From Mobula hypostoma (lineage: Eukaryota), in the NCBI RefSeq assembly GCF_963921235.1, contig NC_086097.1:205656001-205720000 (forward strand): 64,000 nucleotides of DNA, written 5' to 3'. Made by a program: the position numbers and the translations under genes. Below, piece by piece: positions 1-12,015 of the stretch; the first letter of the stretch is position 1; each line of letters begins with the position of its first letter. The notes below the pieces were generated by a model that was given only the letters and a program-made list of their open reading frames with translations, searched no databases and was not told the DNA's origin.

Positions 1-1029
1 GTCTATGAATGCTTAGTTATTTGGCATTCAAGGGTGAGACTGATGGATATTTCAAGCATTAAAACAACGTTAGCATTTCCTTAATGTTTCAAAGCAGACT
101 TCTAAAATAAAAACTTGAAGGCCCTCACGAAAAGCATTCCTTTCTCCTGATCCCTTCCCTTCTCCCAATATGTCTGGTCACCACCCACCAGCCTCTCAAA
201 CTCCACATAGTCTCTCTACTCTTTGACCTGCAGGGAAAAGTTCTATTAGTCTATCATGCAAAGTTCAACTATTGTTCATTAAGTCCAAGACTTTCATTTG
301 CTATTCTAACTCCATAGTCCCTGAAGGATTTCTAGCTCATTTTTCAAAATTGTTGCAATTAGCCTATGTCAATCAGATGCCAATGATATGTTCACAAATT
401 CACTGATGTTACAAGATGCAAATGATATAAGACATTATTTTCTCATTCAGTATTTGCTTAGTTTCTAAGCCCCCTCAATCAAGGTTAAAAACTAAAGTCA
501 CAAATGAAACTCTTGACACACGTTTAATTCTTTTTCCATTGAATTGGGAAGATTCAGACCTGAATATGCATTTAAGATTTCAGTACAGATCGCAAACAGA
601 AAAGATCTTTCCTCATTGACTAATTTGGGCTGAAAATTCCCTATCTTTTCTTTTGATTCAGATGAAAATTACTGGTGAACTACTCCTTGCAATTCAGCAC
701 CATGCTGACTATTCCCTTCTGAGCACAAAAGATCCTTTCTACTTTTTTAATGTTAATATCATTTTGATATATACTACAATAAGAAAGGAGTCAATCCTTT
801 TCCTAAACATGATATTTTAATTCATATATACAACTTCAAAAGCGATCTTCGAAAGTGATTCAAGTTCAAATTTATTATCATTCAGCCATATACACAAATA
901 TAGCTAAATGAAACATCATCCCTCTGGGGCCAAGGTGAAATGCACAGCACATATAATTTGATCATGGTTATAAAGAATATAGCCTTCCCTCCACATAATC
1001 AGCTGTGTTCAGAATAAGACTGCACTCAC

Positions 1030-2533
1030 CTTTTGAGCTTGTCTATAACTCTTGGATTCTTGATCTCATTTTGCAAGTCCTTGAAGTTCCTTATAGTACT
1101 CATGTTACAAAAAACTCTGTAGTCAGGGTATGAAGGGATGCCGTGGTCACGGCCTCTCTGGATGTTCATCGCTGCCAGGTCCAATGCAACTGCGTGAGCC
1201 ATTGAAAAGAGCCTCTCTGTCAATTCTGAATTAAGAAGCTGCGTGGGGACTCGCATTTTCCCTGCAAAGGCAAAGAGGCCCCGGAGAAGTGGATCGATGC
1301 CCCCTTCTTGGATAATTCTGAAGGGAGAGAAGAAGGCCTTATGCAGAGGAAGGTGACCTTCAGGAATTGGCTGAAAAGAGCTGTTGAGACGTTGGAGAAT
1401 GGGATTGATCAATGTGTGGCCAAACCGAAAGGCTGCTGTGGCAAAAGCATTCAAAATTCCTCCATTTACATTTGGATTGTAGTTTGTGTATGGTCCCATC
1501 AGTTTCATTCCCACATCCCCCAGGATTTTGGGGAGCCAGTGTTTGTATGTGATATGCTGCATCTGTGCACCAACAATTTTGCGCGCTTCATGATAGATGG
1601 TGTCGCCATCCCAGTGTGGATTGAGTCTCAGTAGCTCGGCCGCAATGCGATTATGCTCACGGTACCACAAGGTATGCACGGCTGTCAGGGCAACCTGCTC
1701 ATTGGCCCGATGATCCCCAGCAAGGAAGCAGGGAATTGGGCTTTCAATTTCATCCCTCAAACATTCTACGGTTTGATCTGTGGCAAATGGTAACAGCCGT
1801 TTACCAGATCCTGGCACGATTTCACCTTCTTTTAACAGACCACGCTGGCTTGTAAGGTCTCTAAGTTCCATGGATTCATGGTCTGTGGTGCCATATACGT
1901 TAGATGCATCTATGTAGGATGTTAAATGATTAATCTGCTCTCTGGCATACACAGACTTCATCAGCAAGGAAGTCATCCCACTGCCACATACTGGACTGGA
2001 ACGAACAAAAAACATGCATCGAGCTCTCCTCACCCGAGGGTCATTGTTTGGAATCATAATTGGAAAGCATGGAGGGTCATTATTGCAAATGGAACTGCAA
2101 GACTGTCCATCAGAAAACCGTGACATACTGAGAGCTGGCACAGTTAGATCCAGATCATGGTCCAAGAACTGGCCCCATTGCATAAGCATGTGTGTAAATC
2201 TGTCATCTGGAGTTATTGTCTCTGTCCCTATCATAGTTGTTGAAACGAGGCGAGGGAGAGGTAAGGGATGGCCGTTGTATGAACGGCTGGAATCAGTACC
2301 TCTCGGGAGGCTAAATCCATTTTCATAAACTGGTTTTAGAATTCTCTCAAATGCTGTAAGTGATGCTCCCCACATTGGATGCTGCAGATTGTTACATGTG
2401 CCGTCGTGGCTTCGATACTTTTGGTGAAAACATATATCTGAGCAATTTGGCAGCCGCCTGTGAGCTGTGCACCCAGAGAGATTGGCTATTAGGTCCAGGT
2501 AATGTGGCGAAACAAGATCATTGTAGCGAAAGT
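1030..2533 (-). CDS. PXDNL: Peroxidasin-family (PXDN/PXDNL) large exon encoding the haem peroxidase domain (equivalent to human exon 17)
   Basis: Acceptor ttttttccag|ACTTTCGC at 2533, donor AAAAG|GTGAGT at 1030; 1504 bp open frame: [10 protein letters not shown]...[23 protein letters not shown]...QWGQFLDHD...LTSYIDAS...GDHRANEQ...FRFGH...NIQRGRDHG. Family is secure; PXDNL over PXDN is inferred from recalled diagnostic residues. Confidence 0.95.
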
Positions 2534-2762
2534 CTGGAAAAAAAAAACAAAAAGAATCAAGCCAAGCAAAACTACTGAAGGCTGGTTATCAATTTATCTT
2601 AATGATTTTGACATTTCTTCTTAATTGATTTGAGTTCATCTACCATTTAGAAATGACATATACAAGAATGTACAGTGGGATGTAAAAAGATATAGATGAC
2701 AGTTAGGAGAAGGGAAAATTAATTGGACCCCAAATGTTTTACCTCAATCAGTACAGCCATCT

Positions 2763-2853
2763 ACATCAAAGTTGCTGGTGAACGCAGCAGGCCAGGCAGC
2801 ATCTATAGGAAGAGGCGCAGTCGACGTTTCAGGCCGAGACCCTTCGTCAGGAC
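2763..2853 (-). mobile_element. Short non-autonomous Penelope-derived element carrying a hammerhead ribozyme (copy 1)
   Basis: Differs from 22213-22303 at 2 of 91 positions; similar to the terminal repeat of the GIY-YIG-encoding element at 8800-8935. No TSD seen. Confidence 0.85.
2818..2853 (-). ncRNA. Minimal type I hammerhead ribozyme motif
   Basis: Minus strand reads GUC-CUGACGA-AGGGUCUCGGCCU-GAAA-CG-UC^GACUG: intact CUGANGA/GAAA/UH core, stem II, ACGU palindrome in place of stem III, stem I GUC/GAC. Confidence 0.8.
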
Positions 2854-3675
2854 ACCAATGCAGCACTACAATGTTTTGCACTTAGAATCAGGTGCAGTTC
2901 CTATCAGGAGCTGCATAAACAGCATGCAAATCACTGCACAGCTCACTAAGAAGCAAGCCAGAGGTTAAAGAAACACTCCAGAAGGCAATGACAGAACAAC
3001 TGCAGAAAAGATTGATATAGCGGTGAGCAAAACTGCAGGGGAGAGGGAACACGGTGATCTCCTGTGTTTCCAGCCAAGTCTCAAACAATGGCCTGTTCTG
3101 ATGACTATATCATTTGTAAAATCATCAGGTCCACAGCTGATACTTGGTAAACATCTGCCATTCTAAAGTGAATTGCACATTAAAGTTCCCTGTAAGGCAC
3201 AACTTGACCTAGAAGTGATTGCTATTGTGAGAAACTCTGTAAAAATATTTTTACATGTGTGAAAAATGTGTACAAATGGATCCAATTTCTCAACTATGGT
3301 TCCCAAGGTTTTCAACTGAAGTTATTAACATATACTGAAAGCTTTCTGGAGTTAGCTCAATTTGAAATTATTCATTTTTTTCCCCTTTGGAATAAAGCTG
3401 ACCATCTCATTTTGCATCAAGAAACCAATCTGGTGACAATATGTTGCTGATAGCGTCATTCATTAGTCCTCAACAGCATTAGTCCTTATCCGAAAACAGC
3501 ATAGTGGCTCAAGGGATTTTGTAGCTAATGCTGCCTGTTTAGTTCTAACATTTCCAGGCTCTAGAACAGTCAGTAAGTATGCAATGTACTTCAATATAAT
3601 GTTATTTTTTTTCCAGAAATGAAGTAAAGGAATATTTAAAGGAAAAATAAATAGCTTTACCTTATAGTTTACTTA

Positions 3676-3981
3676 ATAATAGGCATCCATTAGTCTCGTG
3701 AGACCATGGATTTGTGCCTTGGAAGGTTTCCAGGGCGCAGGCCTGGGCAAGGTTGTATGGAAGACCGGCAGTTGCCCATGCTGCCATTCTCCCCTCTCCA
3801 CGCCACCGATGTTGTCCAAGGGAAGGGCACTAGGGCCGATACAGCTTGGCACCGGTGTCATCGCAGAGCAATGTGTGGTTAAGTGCCTTGCTCAAGAACA
3901 TAACACGTTGCCTCAGCTGAGGCTCGAACTAGCAACCTTCAGATCATTAAACCATTTAACCACTTGGCCACGCACCAACGC
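3676..3981 (-). mobile_element. tRNA-derived SINE with CORE-like domain (tail type A)
   Basis: Minus strand A-box TGGCCAAGTGG, B-box GTTCGAGCC, CORE-like CTTGAGCAAGGCACTTAACC; 12-bp TSD ATAGTTTACTTA at 3664-3675 and 3982-3993. Confidence 0.85.
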
Positions 3982-3999
3982 ATAGTTTACTTACATTAC

Positions 4000-5025
4000 A
4001 TCAATCTGCACTCAATCTCCATCAGCACAGGTGCACCACAGGACCGTGTACTTAGCCCCATACTCTACTCACTTTACCCCTATGACTGTGTGGCTAAGTA
4101 CAGCTCCAACACCATATTCAAGTTTGCTGATGACACCACTGTTGTGGGCTGTATCTAAAGTGGTGATGAAGCAGCATACAAGAGAGAGAATGAAAATTTG
4201 GCTGAATGGTGTCATAACAACCACCTCTCACTCAATGTCAGCAGGACCAAGGAACTGATTGTAGCATTTCGGACAGTGAAACCAGAGGTCCATGAGACAG
4301 TACACATCAGAGGATCAGAGGTGGAGCGTCTGTAACCTTACATTCCTGGGTGTTACAATCTCAGAGGACGTGTCCTGGACCCACCATATAAATGTAATTG
4401 CAAAGAAAACACAACACCTGTACTTCCTTAGGAGTCTTTGGAAATTCAGCATGTCATCAAAAACCCTGACAAACTTCTGCAGATGTGTGATGAAAAGTGT
4501 ATTGACTGGCTATATTATGGCCTGGTATAGGGACACCAATGCCTTTGAACAGAAATCCTACAAGAGGTAGTGGATTTGGTCCAAAACGTCACGTGTAAAG
4601 CCTTCCCAACCATTAAGCATGAAATGAAATGCTGTCGTCGAAAAGCTGCACCCATCATCAAAGATCCTCACCACCCAGACCATGCTCTTTTCTTGCTGCT
4701 GCCATCAGATAGACAGTACAAGTGTCTCAAGACTTGCACCACCAGAACAGTTACTAGCACTCAACTCTCAAGCTCTTGATCAAAAGAGGAGAACTCATCT
4801 CTTGAGATGTTCCCACAACCAATGATCTCACTTTAAGGACTCATTATTTCATGCTCTTGTTATTTATTATACTTGCATTTGCACAGTTTCTTGTCTTGTA
4901 TGCTCTTGCTCTTTCATTGATCCTGTTTATAGTTCTATAGAGTTGCTGAGTATGCCCATAGGAAAAAGAATCTCAGGGTTGTATGTGGTGACATGTATGT
5001 ACTCTGATAATAAATTTTAATTTGC
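4000..5025 (+). mobile_element. Rex1/Babar-like LINE, 5'-truncated and decayed
   Basis: RT fragments STGAPQDRVLSPILYSLY and KFADDTTVVG, LYFLRSLWKF; frameshifted; 3' end with AATAAA. Confidence 0.8.
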
Positions 5026-7970
5026 ACTGAACCATGACACATTATTAAACACACAAATTTATTATTTCTTTAAGCCTAATTTAACTTATTGATGAACAGA
5101 CACACATTACTAACACTTCTGCATTAGGTGAGTCTAATTCTACAATATGGATTGTATCCCAATGATTCTCCCAACCAACCTTTATCAATAGTTCATTAGA
5201 AAATAATAGCACAATTATTTTTGTGATCACTACTCGGTTATTTCCATCTGCAAGTTGTTATCTCGCTACATTTTCCAGGTGTGTCTGACAATGAGATTTC
5301 GTAATAATGCAACACAAAGTGACAAGATCTAATTGCTAAGTTATGAAATCTAATCAGTATTTTTGTATATATGGAGTGGAAAATATTGGCACAAATAAAA
5401 GCAGATTGAAGTTAACAGGTAAATATTTATTTTATATTTGATAAGAAATTTTGCTCTATGACTGAACTTTATCACAATTTGATGCAAATTTATTTTCCCT
5501 TTGTGAGAAGCTAGAATAAGTGTCTGAAATAACACAAAAACAGCATTAGTGCTTTTAATAGGTTGTCATTATCACAGAAACGGAGTTACATTAAGCACAT
5601 AATGTGCTACATTTTTGAAGCACATTGTAGCATAATGATCAGCAGAAAGGCACATTGCAATACATCATTTTGCTGGTTTACACGCTATGAAAATTCCCTT
5701 GCAAAGTCATGAAGCTATAATAAGCATTTGCTAATTATAGGGATGGTGATCCTATGCAGTAACTATGTTTAACACAAAGAGCAATATAGAGTTCACTAGC
5801 TACTGCTGTTAACTATTTCAGTCCCTTCATTGTTAGCAAAACTGGAAATCAAAAGTAAACTTTTCACTCACCAGAGCAATGCTGGGTACTAGCATCAATT
5901 GTCAGCAAAGCCATGTGTCACGGCTCTGTGACATCTCATTGCTGGCTTTCATGAAATGTAATAAAGGTTTAAGCACCTGGAAAAGAAGAGCAAAGTGAAT
6001 GGCTGAATATTTCAGCTGAGAAATTACGCAATAAAAATTGCATAAATTGTACTTAATCATGGTGCAGGATGGGTGAAGTAAGAAAAAAAATTAAAACCTG
6101 GATCTAGATGGATTTTACATTCCTCCACTTCAAATAAAGGAGTTAGGGACTAATAAGTTGAGAAAAATAGATTTTCCTCTATCCACCTGCCCTTCCATTG
6201 TGGGATAAAGGAGAGGGGAAATGTGGAAGTGTTCCAAAATGACAACGGACATTCTATCACAGTGAATGGTTGAGTCTGGCTTTAGTAACCGCATTGACAA
6301 TAACATATGCTGACAGTTCATTTAAATTGCCTTTTCTACTTCAGGCTAATGGTGTAAACTAATGCCAAGAATTAATTATTGTCAATATAAATGCTATAGG
6401 GAGATAGCTGAATAAACACAAATTCTTAGCTCTTTTTCTTTCATTTGACTGGGATACTAAACTCCATGTTAGAATAGGCACTTGTAACATGGTTCAACAG
6501 GAATGTGAATCATATTCTGATGTTATAGTGACAGCCTTCCTGTAATAATGGGATTGTGTTGGGGTAGGTGACAGCTGGGGGCAGGGGGCATTTAACCATT
6601 CGCTCTAAAAAATTTTTTAAAATGAAAAGAGAAAAAGTGATAATTAAAGCTGAAGTAAGTTGCAAGAAGCTATGGGAAAGAAAAAAATATATACCTATCA
6701 GTTAAAATGTTAGAATATGGAGCGGGCTCTGAACAAGTATCGATTATTCATTGTACTTTATTGCCCGGATTTGAATATCGTGAGAATATGTTAGTTCACT
6801 GAATACTCAAATGGTCAAATAAGCAAACAAGAAATTCCCAAGGTGAATGGAAGTGCAAATCTATATGAGTAGAGGAGCAAGGCCACATACAGGAGAATAA
6901 AGGTTGAGAGATAATATGTTTTATGTTTCAGTTTTCTGCCACAGATTTTGCATTATGATTGCACAGGTGATTCTCTCAGTAAATTCTTATTGGTCATTAA
7001 AAGTTGAAATTAATTAAATCCTTTACCCATTCCATTGTGAACTAAGCCTTTTAAAAGAAGCAGAAAGATTCAGCCATTTTGTGTTTTTTTTCTTTTCCAG
7101 TTGCTATTTAGCTTTCCACCTTGGAGCCAGCAATGATACACCGTCAAGTTATTACCTTCTTGGGCCAGATGCAAGATATAAAAGGGAAATCCAGAAAAAT
7201 AATCTTTGTACAGAATATGCCTTTTAATCTATGTGGCTAAAAGTTGATGAAATTTGTTTCAGTCACATAGACTACACATTGCAAAGTAGATTAACTTGTC
7301 CATATGAATGATTATAAATCATATTCCTCTTTAATTTCAAAATTTGTACCTATTAATATGATAATCACCCAGACATAAACTCACCAGATACTTTCCACCT
7401 TCATTCTCTTCAACTGCATTGCTAAGTACATGAACTCAGTGCTGTAGGGCCTTAAAACAGTATCATTTCATCTTTTGCCATAACATAACTGAATAACGAT
7501 ATACTGCACTACAGAATTTTAATATTTCACAGCTGTGCAATTATCTTATTCAGTTCTACTGCATATTTATTAGGTGGCTTATAATGTTTTGCAGCAATTC
7601 CTTTTACTTTGAAATGTTGCTGTTATATTTCAGGTGTACCACTTAGCTTGTACTTATCAAAAATATATAAACTTAACAAAACTCTGGTTAAGCCACACTT
7701 GGGGTATTGTATGTGGTTCAGGTTTGCGGCAATGCAAGGATGTGGTGGACTGGAGAGAGTGTAGAGGAGCTTCACCAGGACATCATTAGACTGGAGGACT
7801 TTAGATATGGGGAAAAGACTGGACAGACCGGTCTAATTTTTCTTGTAAATTGAAAGGTGACCTGAGAAAGGAATACACAATTACAATATAGAAAAGGCAG
7901 ATAATTAGAATCTTTATTTTTTCCCCTATGGTAAAGATCATAGAAACAAAGAGAGAGAAAGGATTTTTTT

Positions 7971-8125
7971 AAAAAATCACAAATAGGAGAAAATCTGCAG
8001 ATGCTGGAAATCCAAGCAACAAATGCCGGAGGAACTCAGCACATCAGGCAGCGTCTATGGAAAAGAGTAAACAGTTGATGTTTCGGGTCAAGACCCTTCA
8101 TCAATCCTGATTTTGTGTGTGTTGG
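7971..8125 (-). mobile_element. Short Penelope terminal-repeat-derived insertion with degenerate hammerhead
   Basis: Minus strand TTGATGA-AGGGTCTTGACCC-GAAA-CATC-AACTG (C3 mutated); flanked by the 12-bp direct repeat AAGGATTTTTTT at 7959-7970 and 8126-8137. Confidence 0.7.
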
Positions 8126-8177
8126 AAGGATTTTTTTTATATAAATAGAATTTGAAGGGAAAGTTCTTTTATTCAAA

Positions 8178-8940
8178 CCTACACCTCCTCCCTCACTACT
8201 ATTCAGGGCCCCAAACAGTCCTTCCAGGTGAGTCTTTGGCATCATATACTGTGTCCCGTGCTCCCTATGTGGCCCTCCTGTATATTGGTAAGACCCAATG
8301 TAGATTGGGAGACCACTTCAACGAGCACCTGTACTCCATCTGCCAGAAAAAGATGGATCTCCCAGTGGCCACTTATTTTAGTTCCACTTCCCATTCTGAC
8401 ATGTCCATCCATGGCCTCCTCTACTGTCATGATGAGGCCACACTCAGGTTGGAGGAGCAACATCTTATATTCTGTCTGGGCAGCCTGCAACCTGATAGCT
8501 TAACATTGATTTCTCAAACTTCCAGTAAACCCCCCCATCACCAATCTCTATTCCCCGTTCCCCTCTCTCACCTTATCTCCTTGCCTGCCCATCGCCTCTC
8601 TCTGGTGCTCCTCCCTTTTTTTCTTTCTTCCATGACCTTCTATCCTCTCCTATTAGATTCCCCCTTCTCCAGCCCTGTATCTCTTTTACCAATCAACTTC
8701 CTAGCCCCTCACCGCTCCCCCCCCACCCCCGGTTTCACCTATCAACGTATTTCTTCCACCCTCCACCCACCCATTTCCTCTGACCCCTTATCTTTTTTCT
8801 CCAGTCCTGTTGAAGGGTCTCAGTCCAAATCATCAACTGTTTACCCTTTTCCATAGATGCTGCCTGGCCAGCTGAGTTCCTGCAGCATTTTGTGTGTGTG
8901 ACTTGGATTTCCAGCATTTGCAGATTTTTGCTTGTTTTTT
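8178..8940 (+). mobile_element. Penelope-like retroelement 3' part: GIY-YIG endonuclease remnant plus terminal repeat
   Basis: LLYIGKTQCRLGDHFNEHL...PVATYF...H...RLEEQHLIFCLGSLQP matches the PLE GIY-YIG C-terminus; pyrimidine-rich UTR; degenerate hammerhead CAGTC-CTGTTGA-AGGGTCTCAGTCC-AAAT at ~8802-8830. Confidence 0.85.
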
Positions 8941-9629
8941 TTTAAATCTGAGACTGGTTGATTCCTGGAACTCATTGCCACAGAAGGTGGTAGAATCAGA
9001 TGAAATCCGTATGTTGAAGAGACATTTTTGACAAGAAGTATATAGATTCAATGCAGGCAACTAGAATAAATGTAGATAGGCAAAAAGGCCAGCATGGATA
9101 GATGGGCAGAAAGACTTACTTCTTTGGTGTATAACTCTACAAAAATGGGTTAAATAAACAACAAATATATTTTTGTTCTTATGGTTAGATGAATCAGGAT
9201 ATCACAAAACTCCTTGCTCCTCTTTGAAGATGATCTGAGGGGCAAGTTTTTGACACAGAGGGTACTGGTTTTCTGGAACAAACGGCCAGATGAGATGGTA
9301 AAAGCCAATACAGTTACAATATTTAAATAGGTGTTTAAATAGGATAGACATAGATGGATGCAAACCTAATACAAGAAAGTAGCGATCAGTGAGGCCAGGG
9401 AGCACAGTCAACATGGATGAGGTGAGCTTAACAGGCCTGTTTCTGTGCTCTACAATTCTGTGATTCTGAATAGTTTCATAGAATCCTTTAACTGGAACTA
9501 ATCTACTGATAAGCTAATGAGTTGTAAGTTAAATTATGGGAAAGTCTGATAAAATTCAAAGGGATAGTTCAAAGAAAGTATCCATCACTGACGGAAACCA
9601 CAAAAGCAACTGGATATAAATCATATAAC

Positions 9630-10405
9630 AATTACAGCAGCGAAACAGGCCATCTCGGCCCTTCTAGTCCATGCCGAACTCTTACTGTCACCTAGTCCCA
9701 CCGACCTGCACTCAGCCCATAACCCTCCATTCCTTTCCTGTCCATATACCCATCCAATTTAATTTTAAACAACAACATCAAACCTGCCTCAACCACTTCT
9801 GCTGGAAGCTCGTTCCACACAGCTACCACTCTCTGAGTAAAGAAGTTCCCCCTCATGTTACCCCTAAACTTTTGCCCTTTAACTCTCAACTCATCTCCTC
9901 TTGTTTGAATCTCCCCCACTCTCAATGGAAAAAGCCTATCCACGTCGACTCTATCAACCCCCCTCATAATTTTAAGCACCTCTATCAAGTTCCCTCTCAA
10001 CCTTCTACATTTCAGAGAACTTGTTCAACCTTTCTCTGTAACTTAGGTGATAAAACCCAGGTAACATTCTAGTAAATCTTCTCTGTACTCTCTCTATTTT
10101 GTTGATATCTTTCCTATAATTCGGTGACCAAAACTGTACACAATACTCCAAATTTGGCCTTACCAATGCTTTGTACAATTTCAACATTACATCGCAACTC
10201 CTATACTCAATGCTATGATTTATAAAGGCCAGCATACAAAACGCTTTCTTCACCACCCTATCCACATGAGATTCCACCTTCAGGGAACTATGCACCATTA
10301 TTCCTAGATCCCTCTGCTCTGCAGCATTCTTCAATGCCCTACCACTTACCATGCATGTCCTATTTTGATTAGTCCTACCAAAATGTAGCACCTCACATTT
10401 TTCAG
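9630..10405 (-). mobile_element. CR1 LINE 3' fragment with an internal deletion near 10010
   Basis: LYKALVRPNLEYCVQFWSP, RGNLIEVLKIMRG, FFTQRVVAVWNELP. Confidence 0.9.
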
Positions 10406-11068
10406 CAAGAACTCAGATTTAAGTTAAGCCGAGCAGAAAAAATATAAAATAGTAAGTCATCAGGAAAAAAAAAATACAAACTGTGGGGAACTCCATATTA
10501 GAATTTATATTTTTATGGAGGCAACCATAAATAGCGGTAAATATGGAATACCACCTCAAGCTGTGCAATTATATAGAGAAAGAGAGTGATCACTAAAATC
10601 TCAAACAGACGAAACATAAATTCAGTAATGATATAAGAAATATTTTATTACAAAAGTCTTGATTGCCAAGAAAAGTAAATTGAGTGAGACATACAAAAAA
10701 CTATCAGACAGCTTTTGATTGGCAGAAAACTTAATACGAAATGTAAAAACTACTAAATATAGCTAAGGAAATCCGAACAAGATATATTGAAATACTTGCT
10801 GCAATTAAAATCAGATGTTAGGATGTGTGTAAGTGATTTTTTACCTTATCTGTTAATTATTAAATATTCCAATTTACATTTGATATTCATAGCATATACA
10901 GTACCCTTAGTTATAACCCAACAGAGATCATATTTGGTAAACAGGAGAAAAACAAGGTATTGATAATTGCTATTATCCTCATTGCTAATATAGGTTACCT
11001 CTGTGGGCATTTCAGATATGTTTGGAAATCTCTGGTTATTTTGTTTCTCTTTTGAATAAGGACCATAC

Positions 11069-11226
11069 CTATGCCTTCGAAGTCCACAGTTAAGCCTTGC
11101 TTGACATGGTCCTGTATCAGCTGTAAGGTCCGTTCAAAGATCTCTCCTGCTCTTGCTGTCTCCACAGTGAAGGGATCCCGTGGATAGCGGAACAAAGCCA
11201 GCAAATCATTAGGGCTGAGTGGACGC
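11069..11226 (-). CDS. PXDNL: Peroxidasin-family exon (equivalent to exon 16), 158 bp
   Basis: ttctttccag|GCGTCCA ... GGCATAG|GTATGG; encodes [52 protein letters not shown]; phases match both neighbours. Confidence 0.95.
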
Positions 11227-11794
11227 CTGGAAAGAAAACATGAAAGGAATGTAGACTTTTACAAAGCAATGCAGTTAGAATTGTATAATTTATATTAATT
11301 AGACAATGTACACTGCTCCTTTAGAAATATATTTATCTGTATTTAAATACTTTCAGTGCATTTGCCTGAAATAAACCTCATCCCATCATCAATCTGATTT
11401 CAAGATTCACATCACAATTCAGAAAATGACAGTTGCATTGCATTGCCCACTTCTCAAATTTGGGCTTATCACAGTTGCACTGTGTGCATTTTCTAAATTT
11501 TCTTTGCTCAGTAATTATGGTTGTTTTGAAGATTTCACCAGAATAAAGATTTCTTAAAATTTGGAATCAGTATTAACTCCACCAATCCAACAGTTTACAT
11601 CTCAAAAATTAAGGTAACTGTCTGTTGGAAACAGACAATTGCCTAAAACTTATGTGCAAATCAGCGTGCAATATTGTTTTTGTGGACCAATGGCATGGAA
11701 ATTGAGGAGAAGAGCAATTCTGTTATGATCTAACCGAAAAGGTTTGACTGACTGACTGAACTCTGCTTCGGTTCACATGCTCTCTTAAGGCTGT

Positions 11795-12015
11795 AAACAC
11801 AAGAGACTGCAGAGGCTGGAATATGGAGCTCAGCAAAACAAACTGCTAGATGAACTCAGCAGGGCAAGCAGCATCTCTGAGCTCTGTGCTGAGAGGACTT
11901 AAAACGTTTCAGGTTGAGACCCTGCATGTGGACTGATGTGGATCCTGCCCTAGGACATTGACAATTCCTCTCACCCACAGATGTTGCTCAACCAACTAAG
12001 TTTATTCAGAACTTT
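11795..12015. mobile_element. Head-to-head pair of decayed Penelope terminal repeats
   Basis: Left arm (minus) CAGTCCACATGCAGGGTCTCAACCTGAAACGTT...AGATGCTGC; right arm (plus) CTGATG...GACATTGAC...CACAGATGTTGC. Confidence 0.55.

Larger units (their letters stand above)
7640..9140 (+). mobile_element. Old CR1 LINE 3' fragment interrupted by two Penelope-related insertions
   Basis: Decayed YKTLVRPHLEYC-like coding at ~7680 and a CR1-type 3' end at 8945-9140, similar to other CR1 copies in the window. Confidence 0.6.

Noticed and set aside
1026..2375. 449-aa ORF as a standalone single-exon peroxidase gene
   Set aside because: The frame extends upstream to a splice acceptor at 2533 and the stop codon lies within the donor GTGAGT; it is an internal exon.
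1308..2578. Plus-strand ORFs overlapping the large exon
   Set aside because: Antisense shadows of the coding exon with no recognisable motifs.
8152..8856. 234-aa ORF as a domesticated GIY-YIG gene
   Set aside because: Chimeric frame: host CR1 sequence, a frameshifted and mutated GIY-YIG remnant, then read-through into low-complexity UTR.
7971..8940. One Penelope element with inverted terminal repeats
   Set aside because: The left repeat has its own 12-bp flanking duplication and host CR1-like sequence lies at 8126-8177, so two separate insertions fit better.
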